Source: the human T2T-CHM13v2.0 reference genome, Homo sapiens | Direction: 5' to 3' (one strand) | Length of the DNA stretch: 64,000 bases | Assembly (NCBI RefSeq): GCF_009914755.1 | Contig: NC_060929.1 | Shown: positions 16,991 through 33,169 of the stretch, one piece after another | Numbering within the stretch: the stretch's first letter is position 1 | How the letters are laid out: each line of letters begins with the position of its first letter | Position numbers and translations under genes: made by a program | The notes under the pieces: generated by a model | Told to the model about the DNA's origin: nothing | The model's database searches: none | Seen by the model: only the letters and a program-made list of their open reading frames with translations

Positions 16991-17774
16991 TCCCATTGAC
17001 ATTATGAGCTTTTTATATATTCAGGACAAAATCCTTTATCTGTCAAATGATATTCGTTTCTCTCAATTTGTTCTTTTACATTTAGCATTGCTTATGGTAT
17101 GTTTTACATATATGCACCCTTTTCCCATTATAAGAGGGTTTTATATATACTCTATCCTATAAACACAGACACACACACGCGCACACACACAAAACAGAGT
17201 CCTTTTCACTCTTTCATTAAAATATATGTTCCCTAACACTGTCATAACACAATTAACAAATAAATATAGTCTGAGGTAGAAGACAGGAATTAGCGGATCT
17301 CACAACCACACTCTAGTCACTCATAGCAGCTGAGGTGAGAATTTTTACGTCTCCAAAAATCACAGTAGGAGTTAAATTCAGTCCTCATGTGTCTTTGTAG
17401 CAGAGATCTCAGAGCTGGGGGTACTTCGAATCCTGTTGGAGGTGTGAAGTTAGGGTGATCTTGATGGAAATCCCTGCTCTGGCATTTACTGGCTGTGTCT
17501 GAGCAAACTATTTAGCTCCTCCAGGCCTCCATTTCTTCATCTGTAAAAATGGGGATTAATGCCACTTTTTCCTCTGTGGGAGGGTGAGGATTATGTGAGT
17601 TAAAACATACAGAGTAGCCATTACAGATGGAGGCTCAAAGCACTGCAGATGCTGCTCTTGATGGAGATAACCTTGTGAAAGCGGCATCTGGTCCAAACCC
17701 AGACCTTCAAGCAGGCCAAATGCTGTTACCCCCGTTTGACCAGTGAACCACCTAAGTCTCAAAGGGGTTTAGTC

Positions 17775-17981
17775 AGCATCGCCCAGGTAAACTTGCTGTG
17801 ATGGTGGAAATGTTCTATGTCATGGTGCCCAGTACAGTAGCCTCTAGCCACATGCAGCTAATTGATCACTTGGAATGTAGCTAGCATGGCTAAAAAGCTG
17901 GAGTTTTAATGTTATTGAATGGAATTAAATGTTAATAGTCCCACGTGACTAATGGTTACAGTATAAACAGCACAGTTCTAG
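17775..17981. mobile_element. MER3 (hAT-Charlie MITE)
   Basis: tgtgatggtggaaatgttcta...gtagcctctagccacatg...cacttggaatgtagctag...cagcacagttctag. Confidence 0.8.
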
Positions 17982-20099
17982 ACCACTCAAAGGTACCATA
18001 GGGAAACAGACCCAGCTGTCAAAATTCCTTCCAGTCTCCCACAGTGCCTCATTCCTCTGAAACAAGAACCCGACCGGGTGGTCTCCACGATGGCTCCAGC
18101 AATAAGCCTGCTGAAGGGGGCACACCTATATTAGGTTTGTGGAGAGGAAAACAAAACCTTTATGTAACCTCAGAGTCACTGTTATCTCAGAGAAGACCAT
18201 GGCTCTTTCCCAGTAAAGGAACCAACCAATGAGCATCCGTCTGCTCCACAGAATTTAGGTTTTGGGGCTGCAGTCCCAGATCTGAGGTAAAGTGGGGACA
18301 TGCCCTCTGACTTATTAAGGTGGAAAAGTGTGTGACGGTGTGATGGCCTCTACTTAGTGTGTTCAAGGTCTCAGGGATCAGATTTTCCCAGAATGTGAGT
18401 GGACATAGTTCATCTCTTCCGTTTCTTATTTTGACAGATGACAGGGGCGGCTTCTAAATTTTTTTGTTGACTATTTGGCATTGCCTAGTGAAACACAAAA
18501 TTCAGTGTTGAATTAGAGCACTGAGTTCAGGTTTGTTCATTGTTCTTGTTCATTGTTCCAAATCTGAAATGGAGGTTGGGCTAGGACAAACACAGCACAG
18601 AATTTTCGGTGTGGGCAGGAGAATGAAAAGTGAAAGAAACAACCAGCTATTGAGCAGGCAGCTGCTGTCACCTTTCCTGACGTTCCTGGCCTGCTGCTGT
18701 CACCTCTCCTGACGGCTCCTGGCCTGCTTCCAGCCCTGCCCTCCTCATCCATCCGGGCTCGTGTCAGTTGGCCACAGGGTACTTTTCTGTCACACTCCTG
18801 GCCTGGTCTCTGCCCCTTAAAGAGCGGATCTTCTCTTCCATTTGCAAGGCAATCTCAGCATATGGGGGCCTGACCTTTGAGATCTTTATAGGAGAAGGAT
18901 GCCTCTCTGCTGTGAATAGGGCTTTTGTCCCCACTTCCTGAAGAAGTTCAAGACTTTAAAAGCCCCTTTCCCTAAGCCTTCACCATGGCTGGATGAGACT
19001 TCCAGTGCAGAAGTGTGTCACTAGGACTCTGAGCAAGGAGGACGAACCATTGAATTGCATAGAAGTCATCTAGGAGCAGCCTGAAGTTTGGTATCGGTTT
19101 AGTTATGATATGGGGCATATGGTCTTTTATGGGTGACTTGAGAACCTGATTCTTAGAATGAAGGTAGGTAGCTTCCTCTGTGAAGATGGATTCTGAATGA
19201 CAGAAACCCAATTTAAAAAAAAATACTGTATCACTTACTTTATATCAGACACTGTTTCAAGTTGTTTTCAAATATTAAGTCACTTACTGTGACTCCACTC
19301 GTTTGAGGGAGAGGAGGTCGATATTGTTATTACCACTGCTTTACAGATGGGGAAATGGAAGCTCAGACTGAACCATTTCCCTGAGGTTCCACCGATAGCA
19401 AATGGCAGCAGCAGGTTTCAGTCCCCGCCGTCTGGCTGCACAGTTTTTGCCGGGAACCCCCAATCTTGCAGCCTCTCCATCTTGCAGGCCAACTGTTGAG
19501 ATGCAGACCGCTCAAAATGTGAAACATAAAAACCCGCTTCTGACTCAGGACAGTGAGAATAGCACATGTCAACACTGCCAATGCTTTCCCTGTTTCTCAA
19601 TCTTTCCTTAGGAAAGTTACTTTTGACCCTGAGTCTATTTTGTGTTGCTCAAAGGATTTGTACTTGCTAAAGGCTGGTGCAGGGAGGAGTGCTGTGCCCC
19701 TGCTGACAACCACTGCACCTCCCAGGCTGAGATGGTGACAGCAGACGCCCCGGCCAGCCTCCCCAGGCCACCTGCCTGCAGGAAGTACAGTCAGAGCTGC
19801 CCGCGGTGAAGGGCCAGGAAACCCCCGCTGTTCTTGAAGCCTCAAGACCCCAGATATCCCACCTTGACAAGTGGGTGAGATGCTGCCCACTGCTCAGGCG
19901 CCACAGAGTGCCACGAGGCTCCTGGGCATGTCCCCAGCTGGTAGGACTGATGGGGATACCAGGAATAAGAAGATAAAATTTGGTCTCAATGTGAAATGCT
20001 AGCAGCTATGAGATGTTTTTAAATGACTAATGAGTTGTCTGCTGCTTCAGCCTTGCAAATGGTGTTTTATGTTTTTTTTGTTGTTTCTGTGTGTGTTTC

Positions 20100-20265
20100 T
20101 TTTTTTTTTTTTTAAGAGATGGGGTCTTGTTCTGTCACCCAGGCTGGGGGGCAGTGGTGCGATCGTAGCTCACTATAGCCTTGACCTACCCCTTGCCTCA
20201 AGTGATCCTTCCACCTCCGCCTCCCAAAGTGCTGGGATTACGGGCATGAGCCACTGTGCCTAGCC
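20100..20265 (-). mobile_element. Alu monomer-length element (FLAM/AluJ-like)
   Basis: Poly-T followed by short Alu sequence ending tagcc. Confidence 0.85.
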
Positions 20266-20273
20266 ACAGATAA

Positions 20274-20619
<346 letters not shown>

Positions 20620-23600
20620 ACACTTTTATGTCAGTCTCACCCTTTTATTATTTATCAGCACCCATTCACTTCTAGCTGTCGACACTGTCAGCCTCTGCGT
20701 ATCTCAGCTAAGAGATCCCAAACATCCACCAGGCACACACCAGTGTTTGTTCACAAACAGATTCCCCATGACAGCCGCCCAAATGAAATAGAGAATGCTC
20801 CGTTTAATTTAAATAGGCCAGCAACTTCAGTTCCTTTTGGCCCCTTCTGATTTCCTGGACACATAGGCTGACCCTTATCTTTACGGCAGTGCTGGGTCCT
20901 GCTGTAATCTTTTACTGACCGCTGCCCTCTCCTTCTCCCCTCAGAACAGATGCCTTAGGCGTCACATTTCACTTCAGTTCTTCAGAGATTCCTGGGTCAA
21001 AAAGGTCTCAGATGAGGAGAGAAACCTGGAAACTTGCACACTAGTTTGGATTCCATTGTTAGCTTGCTAGTTTCCACATTTGTAAAATTGGCAAAATTAT
21101 CTGTGTGAAGTTATAATGCACAAATGAATTATTTGTCATATCTCTCTGGAAAATATGAAATGTAAGAAACTATTATCTGATAAGTATGGATTTTCTTTTC
21201 TTTTTTTTAATTCCAAAGATAGATTTTTATTCTTTTTCTCTGGTCCAGGCAAACAACCAACCAAGTAAGAAAATCCTAGTTCCTTGAACTATTTACCAAA
21301 GTTTTTTCTTATTTTTATACATCCCTATTGTTATCCTTTAAACTCTCCTTACAGTGAGACATTTACAGCAGGATTTATTAAGCTAGCATAAGCTAGATTT
21401 AAGCTTTTAGGAAGTGTGCCTTCAATGGCACTGATTTTCCGTTTTCATTAGCTGCCGAAACAGAAACATTTTCCCCATTGAACTAGTGGGATTCCTTAAC
21501 CTTTTGTGGATGGATTTCGTTGATGGAATTTTATGTACTTCGATAGCTTCTTATCTCTGTTGTAAGAGTTTTCTGATGCAAGTGCCATGGAGAGCCCTTA
21601 TTTTTCCTAATTTGTCTCCCCACTCTTGTAATCACTCTTGGACCTTGGAAGCATTTCTGGAGACTGCGGCATGCAACCCTCAGCATGGGGAACAATGATC
21701 CTGACATCACCTGGTCCTTGTTTGATCCGACCAGGCCTGGACCAGTGCTCTCCATCACTTCAGAGCTGCCTCAGAATGCCAAGAGCTGACTTAACATTTG
21801 TGTTATCAACTGGTTCTCAAGGCCCCACGGCTCTGCCTTGCTTGTTGCCTTTCTCTTTGTGTTCCTCTCCTCTCCACTCTGCTCTCAGATGTCATTAACT
21901 TATAGCTCCCAATCTCTTTGCATAAAGTCTCTCCTTGGGTGAATGTCAAAGATGCTACTTCCTGTAACTCTAAGTGCATCTTCTCCTTGGGGAAGGAAGG
22001 ATGCACCCACCAGCTTTCTTTATCAGTCTTTTTCCCTCCTATGGATCAGGGTAAAAAGAAAAGTATAACTAATGACTACTTTCTAGTTATATTAGAGTTA
22101 AACTCAAAGATAATTTTGTTGGCAGGGGGCATTACTTAAGAAAGTTAAATACAGTTTTAAATATTGGCAATAAAAGGATGCCCTTCCAGACTTTTCATTT
22201 TCCCTCTGGTCTTTGTCATTTTCTTGAAAATGACAATCCATATAAATTTACCACCTACCTAATGGAAAACACAGCATCTGAAAAAAAAAATTCTCTTTTT
22301 TTCTGGTAAATGCTTTTTAAACTGACTGATTCCCTTTTGGGGCGTAAAGATGTAAGCTTGGAAGCGATCTGATTCCGGGGTTGTGGGGCAGTATTTAAAG
22401 ATTCCTGTATGCACAGCTGTTCAGAACTAGGGGCTGAATTTTAGCAGTCATTCAAATGCAGAGTCATTTGTCAGCAAATGATCAAATAAATAGTTTTCTG
22501 GATGGGTTTTTTCCTTCTCACTGAATTAGTGTCATTCATTGCCATTTGCCGCTTCCCAGTTATTTTTGTTCTAACATATCTTCCACATTTTCGCTGTGCC
22601 TTCTCCCCGTAGCCTCCCACTTCACATCTGCTAAACTAATTTCCCAAACCACCAGTTTAAAACTTAGGTAGCTTATTACCACTTGTCTCAAAGTCAAGTA
22701 TTCTCCCCCATGGACTTTTATGCATTCATTCTACAAACGTTTGAGGGCTGACCAGGAGCAAGGCACAGAGCTTACCAGATTTGGGGTTTAATTGTCTGTG
22801 GGTTTTACTACCTGAAACATAAGTCCCCAGATGATTGTCAGGCATATATTTTCTCTACATTCTGTTCCTCTTTGAAGATTCAAGAACCTACTGAGTAGTT
22901 AATGACTAGTAAGTATTGAACGTGTATTGGAAAGTTTAGAAGTACTGTCGTATTGCTATGTAGGGTTTAATTCCAAACTTATTGCCCTTCCTTATGTTTT
23001 TCTATTAGAATGTTCTTTTTCATCGTGTGAACAATGAGGCTTTTAAAATATTTTTGTAGTTAGGCAATGGAAAATGCCAGAAAACCCTACCCTTTCACTT
23101 TTCCAGCAAGAAGCCCTGATTCAGAGTCCCTGTTGCCCCAAGGTGGCGCCGACGCAGGCAGGCCAGCGGTGGTGGCCGGTGAGCAAGGCGAGCGGGTCCC
23201 CTGCAGAGGCTCTCATCCCAGGTTTTAGCCAGCACAATCTCCCCTGGAAGAGGGTTTCAATGTTAAAGTTTTGAATAAGGTCTCTTCTCCTCAGAAGAGT
23301 TGAAAACCACCTTGGTTTAGGAGGTTGTCTCTAGTTCATGAACATGAGGAATGCAAACCTGTGTACCCCAGACCTGTCAAGGCTGATTTGCATATATCAT
23401 GATCATTCAGTGCCTTTGCCTCAGCTTCCCAGTTTACAAACTGGCCCGAGTCTAAACTAACTCTACACGACAATTTAAATTCTTCATCTTGTGTAGTCAA
23501 GACAGAAAACAGTAGTATGTTTTTCATTTTCTTGAAAATCATTAAATTAACCCCCCACCTCTTATTTCTGAGCTCAACACATCCTGAGTCCTTCTTTATA

Positions 23601-24060
23601 AGCTCTTTGTTCCAGATTTTAAAATTATTTGTGTGATTTTAATCCACTCTGCAGTATTTTCACTTTCCTTTTAAAACCTCTGGCCACTGTTAGGAATATA
23701 CTGTACTTATTACACTGAGAAAATTACTCTCATAATTCTCTTTAGCCTCAAACTGTGTTTATAGAATCAGATTTTCCCAATGTCCTAGAGTTCCCTTGGC
23801 CATGTATAGTAAATTACTAATTACTACCCTGCTCTCCTGAAAGAATGAATATCATTTCTAAAATGCCTAAGCTATCAACAGGGATTCGTTTTAAAGTGCT
23901 AGAAAATCTGATTTATTGCTTTGCAGATGATTTTTCTGGTGTATGATCTAGCCTCATTAATGCAAACTAGTTTATTCAGACTGGAAACCACAGTTTCCAG
24001 ATCCCCGTCTCAAATGGTCATCAGTGAAGGGAGATAGTTCCAGGCTCTGCAACTGTTTGA

Positions 24061-24427
<367 letters not shown>

Positions 24428-24671
24428 CGATAGTTGCTTTATCTCAAGAGGTTGAGTGGTTAGAAAAGCAGTTTAAAAACTCAGGCTTTAGCCAAGAGTT
24501 TAGCCTGGATCTAAGTCATGGGCCTGCCACTTGCTAACTGTCTGACCTTGGATAAGATACCTAGATTTTCTGTACCTGGACTTCCCCATATGCAAAATGG
24601 AAATCATGATAGTAAATATGTTGCAGTATTGCTAGTGACGATTAAATGAGATAATAAAGTAGCTAAAATGT

Positions 24672-24976
24672 GGCCAGGTGTGGTGGATCACATCTGTAAT
24701 CCCAGCATTTCGGGAGGCCAAGGCAGGTGGATTGCTTGAACCCAGGAGTTGGAGACCAGCCTGGGCAGCATAGAGAGAGCCCCATCTCTAAAAAAAAAAA
24801 AAAAAAAATCTTAAAAATTAGCTGGGCATGGTAGCATGTGCCTGTAGTCCCAGCTACTTGGGAGGCCGAGGTGGCGGGAATCCCTTGAGCCCAGGAGGTC
24901 AAGACTGCAGTGAGCCATGATCACACCATTGCACTCCAGCCTGGGTGACAGAGTGAGACTCTGTCTCAAAAAAAAA
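24672..24976 (+). mobile_element. AluJ inserted in a MIR
   Basis: cttgagcccaggaggtcaagactgcagtgagccatgatc J-type arm. MIR sequence on both sides. Confidence 0.92.
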
Positions 24977-25549
24977 TTACCTAGCATGGGGCAACCTCTC
25001 ACTGTCTTACTTACAATTACTTTAGGATTTTGTTTGTTTTTTGTTTTTTGTTCTTTTTTTTTTTAACTGATCCAGGTAAAATGCTAATTTTCCTAATTAT
25101 TTATGAACATGTTGAGTAGAGTCAATACAATTTTGGTAAAATAGACTCATCTCACAATAGCATCTCTCCCTTGGAAGACTCTGGCATCATCGGTGGACAG
25201 TGTTTTGCTCCTAAGCGTGTGCTGGGTGCCACACTCCATCCCTTGACAGTTTTTGTCTTGTTCCTGGCCAGAACTACCCGCTTTTTGCAGGTGGTTTCTG
25301 GACCTCAGTTTCCAGGCCCAGCCTCTCCTAAGGGTCAGTAGGGCGTCCCCAAGGGGGGCCCCTTGCAGATGGACGCCCTCCTCAAGCCTCTCTTGGTTTC
25401 TTTTGTTAATGTTTCTTTCATGTGCAAACCCACCCAGAAGTCTGCTGCTCCGCCTCCACTGCAGAGCGTTGTTTGTTGAGTTACTCAGTAATTCTTTTTG
25501 AAGGAACAAGAGCTATGGGCTCCTTTTCAGAGAATGAAATATAAACGTC

Positions 25550-25945
25550 TTGCATTTTCTGAGTGCGCCACCTTTGAGAGCAGGGCGGTTTCTTCGTTCG
25601 AATCCTCTCTCTCCACATCCCTGCTTCAGGAATTGGAAAACAAAAACTAAATTAGACGCTGTTGCTTTGATAACTTCAATAAGTACCTCGGGGTCTCTTG
25701 GGTGCCATGGATTCGCTCTCCTGGCGCATGAGGCTTCGTGCGGCTTCGTGTCATAAACATGGGCAGGCGACATCCCTCCTCCAGGCCTGCGGGCTCCACC
25801 CAGGGGCCCGCGCCAGAGCCAATGCTGACCCGGGAGCGCCATCTTGTGGGCGCCTCGATTGCTGCCTCCGAGAAGGCGCTCGGGTACGTCTTATTCCACC
25901 GTTTCAGGACTTGGGGAAATGTAGCCAATAATTACATGCCGGACA
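25550..25945. promoter_or_regulatory. Intronic CpG-rich element with CTCF/YY1-like motifs
   Basis: Local CpG excess outside any repeat I recognise. GCGCCATCTTGTGG at 25836-25849, GCGCCACCTTTGAG at 25565-25578, CCAAT at 25819 and 25925. Confidence 0.6.
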
Positions 25946-26224
25946 ATTACAACATAGCTGTCAGCCAGACATTAGGAATCACTTATCTCTGGATTTAAAT
26001 AGGGCAAATGTCTTTTTGCTGCTTTAGATTTCTTTCTATTGAGGAGCAGCTACTGTATTTTCAACAGGGACTTTTGAATGACCAATTCTGTATTTTACAT
26101 GCATTTGTAAAAAATAAAATCATTCTAGGTAGTACATCAGAAGATCTAGATTTCTTTTACTTCTTGAGATTTTTTTTTTGTGACCTTTTTTTTTTTTTGA
26201 TAGATAAACAAAGGTAATGTAAGG

Positions 26225-26388
26225 TCTTGCTACTCAAAAGGTGGACCCCGGGCCAGCAGCATCAGCATCACCCGGGAGCTTGTTGGAAATGCAGAATCCT
26301 TATCTCTGTTCCAGATCCCCTGAATCAGAATCTAATTTTAGCCACAACCCCTAGTGAGCCCTGTGCACATGACAGTTTGAGAAGGGCA
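26225..26388. mobile_element. MER5A (hAT-Charlie)
   Basis: ccagcagcatcagcatcacccgggagcttgttggaaatgcagaatc...ctgaatcagaatct...agtttgagaag. Confidence 0.88.
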
Positions 26389-26573
26389 AGTATAAAGGAC
26401 TACGAAGGAGTCAGAAGGACTGGTGTTCTTGTCCCAGCCCCTCCATTTCCCCATGCTTCTCATCTCAGCCCATGTGATCACCTCTCTTCAGCCTGTGTGG
26501 CCGATATGTGACGGGAGACCATGAGATTATGGTTCCTGACTTGTCTGATGCTGGGTCAGCTAAGGAAGGATTA

Positions 26574-26891
<318 letters not shown>

Positions 26892-27784
26892 TTATATACT
26901 AAAGGTCACTTTGTACATTGTAAAAACCTGTGCAAATGTAAGTGAAAATTATGGATGGCAAAAATTCTTCCATTTCATACTCCACTATCAGAGATTCTGC
27001 TTTGCATTATATCAGAGTCTGATTTATATCATCAGCAGCAAAGCAACTATTCAACTGCGACCATTTGTCATGCTTCAAATAGTGTCTTGGCAGATTTCAT
27101 TAAGTCCTTCAAAGGTCCCTCTCAGACCAGTCTTCCCAGAGTTCAAAATAATAAAATTACATTATGCTTTTCTTAACAAGACCTTTCCCACATTTGCCAT
27201 CCTGGGGCCCCAGAAGCGTCCCCCACCCCACTCCCCCCTCCCCCGTTGAGCCCAGTATGGGGCACAGTAGGTACTCACTAATGCCGGTTGATCAAACCAC
27301 TAATTGACCCTCAGCACGGTCTAAACAGTAACCTGATATCCTTCACACTAATCGTGCATTTATGATAATCAGATTATTTGTATCATTAGAGACCTGACAT
27401 AGCTACATGAGGACTCAGTTGTCTCACTAATATATGTGAAATATTCATTAAGGAAATAAAGTCCTGATGGCTGAGAATGTAGTGCACAAAGATTGATGAA
27501 AGTGAGAGCATTAACCGTTTACAAACATCCCTTTACCTTGAAATGAGGGAGAGAGTGGAACCAAAGGAAAGAACACTGGCAAACTATTACTCTCTTCTCT
27601 TTATGTACATTTTAAAAAACTAATAGCAAAAAGGTGTTTGGCAATAAATAGGTGAAATTTTAGGAAAACATCATCTGAAGCCTTAATATTGATGAGATAT
27701 TGACATCTATGTTGCTCCTGGGCCCCAGTGGCTCTTGTTTCTGAAGAATTGGGACTACGGTCAAACAGTGAAAAGTAAAATATT

Positions 27785-28105
<321 letters not shown>

Positions 28106-28732
28106 ATATTGGGAATAACTTATTACACCATCTGCCACCCAACTGAGGTACAAAAATACTAAATTCAAATTAGATTAGACTTGCATTGTCTACAATTTGT
28201 GAAATTATGATCTTGTTAATTGTTTTTACCAAATATAGTAAAATCTTGCTCTTTTCTTTTTACCTGATTCGTTGCAATTAACAATGTTCTCTCCAATCAT
28301 TTAAAAGGATTCAGAATGTCAGTGCTTCAAAATTACTTTCCTGAAAGTTAAAATGTAATTATAATAAGTAACTTTATATGGGGGAAAATAAACACTCATG
28401 TCTGTACATATAAAGATATAGTCTATCAGAGTAAGATCCTCAAAAGCAGGACTTTGCAGTGTTCAGTTCATCTCTGAATACCTAACAATTCCTCTCTGCT
28501 GCCTGCACGTGTTTTATAAGGATACATTTAATTAAGTAATGAAAGAGACACAATTCTACCTTTTTGTTCTTTTTTTCCCAACATTTACCTTGAAAATTTT
28601 TTGAGAGAAAAATTGCCAGAATAAAAGAAAGTACACTGATACACATCTAGAATCCCTCAGAAATCATTCACATGTTTAACGTGTATTCTCTCTCTCTCTC
28701 TCCCCAGACTCCCTCCAAGAACAAAAACCTGT

Positions 28733-29650
<918 letters not shown>

Positions 29651-30222
29651 AAGAACCTGCTCTTAGACAGCCAACAGTAAAATGATCAAATTCAGGAAAA
29701 TTTCAGATTGGCAGAATGCTCTCTACTAGTGCATAGTCCTGATTCCATTTTTGCCAGTTGTCATAGTAATGCCCTTTTAAAGCATTCGCCTCTTGACTCC
29801 AGGTTCACAGGTTGCATTTAGCTGTTATCCCTTTGGTGTCCTTTGAGCTGGAAGAGTTCCTCAGTTTGTCTCTGTTGTTTATGACACTGACATTTCTGAA
29901 GAGTACAGGCCAATGCTTCTTCAAAATTAGATCAATTTATGCATTTTAGGCAGAAATACTAAGGATGTATTACATTACAGAGCATTACATTAGTAGACAT
30001 ATGATGTTGGTTTCTTCCATCATGGGGGATGGTAACTTTGATCACTTGGGGTAAGGTGTTATCTGCCAGATTCTCCCTTTGTAATTAATAAGTAATCTCT
30101 GAGGTGTACTCTGACACTGTTAATTCTGTTCTCTAATACACTTCATTCAACCATTTTAGCATTCAGTCATGATCCTTGCCTGAATCAGTGATTACTGCTT
30201 TGGTTGAAAATGGTGATTTTTT

Positions 30223-30528
30223 GCCGGGTGCAGTGTCTCATGCCTGTGCGGTGGCTCCCAGCACTTTGGGAGGCCAAGGCAGGCAGGTTACTTGAGGTTA
30301 GGAGTTTGAGACCAGCCTGGCCAACATGGTGAAACCCTGTATCTACTAAAAATCCAAAAATTAGCCAGGCGTGGTGGCACACACCTGTAATCCCAGCTGC
30401 TCAGGAGGCTGAGACAGGAGAATCACTTGAACCCGGGAAGCGGAGGTTGCAGTGAGCCGAGATCACGTCACTGCACTCCAGCCCGGGTGACAGAGTGAGA
30501 CTCCATCTCAAAAAAAAAAAAAAAAAAA
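30223..30528 (+). mobile_element. AluS
   Basis: Dimer with TSD gaaaatggtgatttt. Confidence 0.93.
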
Positions 30529-30602
30529 GAAAATGGTGATTTTCTAACTCATTTATTTCTTTGCATCTACTATTTGGAATTCTACTATAAAGAATAGCTT
30601 TA

Positions 30603-30915
<313 letters not shown>

Positions 30916-31679
30916 TTATTTTCTACCTTTTTAAAATCTGTCTGTCTTTGTGAGCATCAATATCGATAGGGACTTACAGGTTCTTCTTATTAAACTGGTT
31001 ATTGCTTATTACTCTCATTATTCATTTTGATGCTCATATTGTCCCAACTTTCCCCAGTGGGTGCCTCTTCAATCTCACTTCTATGTTCATTCGATGTGGC
31101 CCCATTAGTCTGTGTCATTCTTTAGCTCTTAGCATATCTATATTGATGTAGATATAGATATTGATAGCCTTAGCATATTTTCATTCAAGTTACTGCTTAA
31201 ATGACAGATTTTATTCTTGCAGCAAATATTCTTTGAGATACTGGTATGTCACAGTTACTGATCTTACTCATGGTCCAGAAAAAAGCCAGGCAATTAAATT
31301 GGCCCTTTCAATGGAATACAGGGAGCTGACAGCCGTGAGTTACGTGTGCCGTGGGTGCACAAAGAAAAGCTCCCAATCCCACTGGGTGAATTAAGAAGAC
31401 TCCAGGGAGAGTGCATATCATCTCCTAGGCCCAAAATATGAATAGAAATACATGTATGGAGGCGGCATAGTGTTCCAGGCTATGAGAAGCACATATCTCT
31501 TGAGGAACTGAAGGCATTTGTTAAGTCTAGGACAGTGTGAGTGTGTTGGGGGCGTGGTGTGTGTTGGGGGCGTGGTACGTGTTGCAGGCCACAGGGATGC
31601 AAGCAGTGTGAGAGAAGAGGCTGGAGGGGTGGGCCAGGGCCTCGTAAGCTCTGTTAAGGACCCTTCCCAATGGCTGTTC

Positions 31680-31856
31680 CTAGAGGCAGTTGTTCTCAAC
31701 ACTGACTGCACATTTGCACCCCCTGGGGAGCCCCCAGGGGAGCCTGTCAGAACTACCAATAACAGACCACCATTCCTAACCAATTAAATCGGGACCCTAG
31801 GTGTGGCAGGGAACTCTAGGGTCCATACATTTTAATTTCCATACCTAGCTTCTAGA
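31680..31856. mobile_element. MER5-like hAT element
   Basis: ctagaggcagttgttctcaacactgactgcacatt...cctggggagc. Confidence 0.55.
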
Positions 31857-31941
31857 GAATTTATCATGGAGAATGGTGTCATGTGTCATAGAGCTAACCC
31901 TTTCAAAGCTAAAATTTAAAAAGATTCATTTTATTTTACAG

Positions 31942-32054
31942 GATTTCGAACTCAACAATGAACTAAAGATGAATGTCCTAAATTTGCTAGAAGAAGTTTT
32001 GCGAGACCCAGACCTTCTTCCCCAAGAAAGGAAAGCCGCCGCGAATATCCTCAG
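31942..32054 (+). CDS. RASGRF2: RASGRF2 coding exon: [37 protein letters not shown](R)
   Basis: ttttacag acceptor, AG|gtgaag donor. 113 nt, phase 0 to 2, in frame with neighbours. Confidence 0.96.
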
Positions 32055-33169
32055 GTGAAGGCAGCTGAAGATGCCGACTGGATGACATTGGTTGATTCCT
32101 GCTATGTTCATAGAAAATAAGAGCCAATAAATCTTAGAATCCTGGGGACAGTGGGGACTATGTTCTCAGCAGTAAAGTGTTATGTATTATCTTCTCTTTC
32201 CTGGGGGCAATTTGGGGTCTGCTGTCTCAGGAAGACTCGGGACGGGGTGGTATAACTCGTGTGGAGTGCAGTTGCTGTTATTTATGGAGGCAGACAGCGG
32301 TTTACTATAGAACCAACAGTTAAAGAAAGGAACCCTTGAGGAGCCTCTCCTGCAAGTCCGGCAGGCATCAAAGAGAGATGATGTTTCCTCCTGTGGGTTG
32401 TAATTGTTTATTGTAAGCTCATGTTTGTGAGTGTGGTTGTGTCTGTGGGAGTCTCGTGCACCTAAAATGTGGATGTGACATCACAGAGTAGTTAGGAATT
32501 TTCTTTGGCTCATTTCACTGGTCCTCGACCAGCTTTTCTACAGCTTGTCAGTTTAGGATTTCCACATCACGTAGGTGGTATGACTATGGGGGATTGTATA
32601 AGGTATGACTCCACACTTCTATGTGATAAAGGCTTCAACTTTGGGTGTACTGCTAGAGATTGTGTCCATAGTTGTTGCACCCAGTATCCAAGTGGGTAAC
32701 AAGCTTTCTTATAGCTTCTTGAACTGGTGGGTGGATTTTTTTTTTGTCCACTCTATGTGGAAAGGGCAGCCATTGCTAGCTTTGTGCAGACATTTCAGTT
32801 GCAGCTTCCCAGCTCACTCATAAGTACGTCCTCTGTCCGTGCTTGGGGATGGGAAGCCCAGCATCTCTCTGCCAGGGTCTGGTACTTCTTTACCACTCTC
32901 ATTTCTAGTTCCCTCTTCATTTACAACCTCTAGAAATGACCCTTCCTTTCCTCGAAGCTTGGCTGCATTGTCTCCTTGTTACATGTTATCCAGAATGTTT
33001 GTGTCATCCACAGGCAGTCTATTTTAGCTCAGTCCATGTTTTTGCAAGTCCTTCCCTGATGCAGCAACACCAGATGTTGGTTTGTGATGTGTTAGCAACT
33101 GGCCTGTAAGTCTTTCTTAGCCCCCATTAGCTGAAGATCCCATAGCCAGACCGTTCTTTGGTGTAGGGT

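Noticed and set aside
25513-25998. Cluster of overlapping ORFs, possible processed pseudogene
   Set aside because: No recognisable protein, poly(A) or TSD. High GC content explains the ORFs, so I kept the region as a regulatory candidate only.
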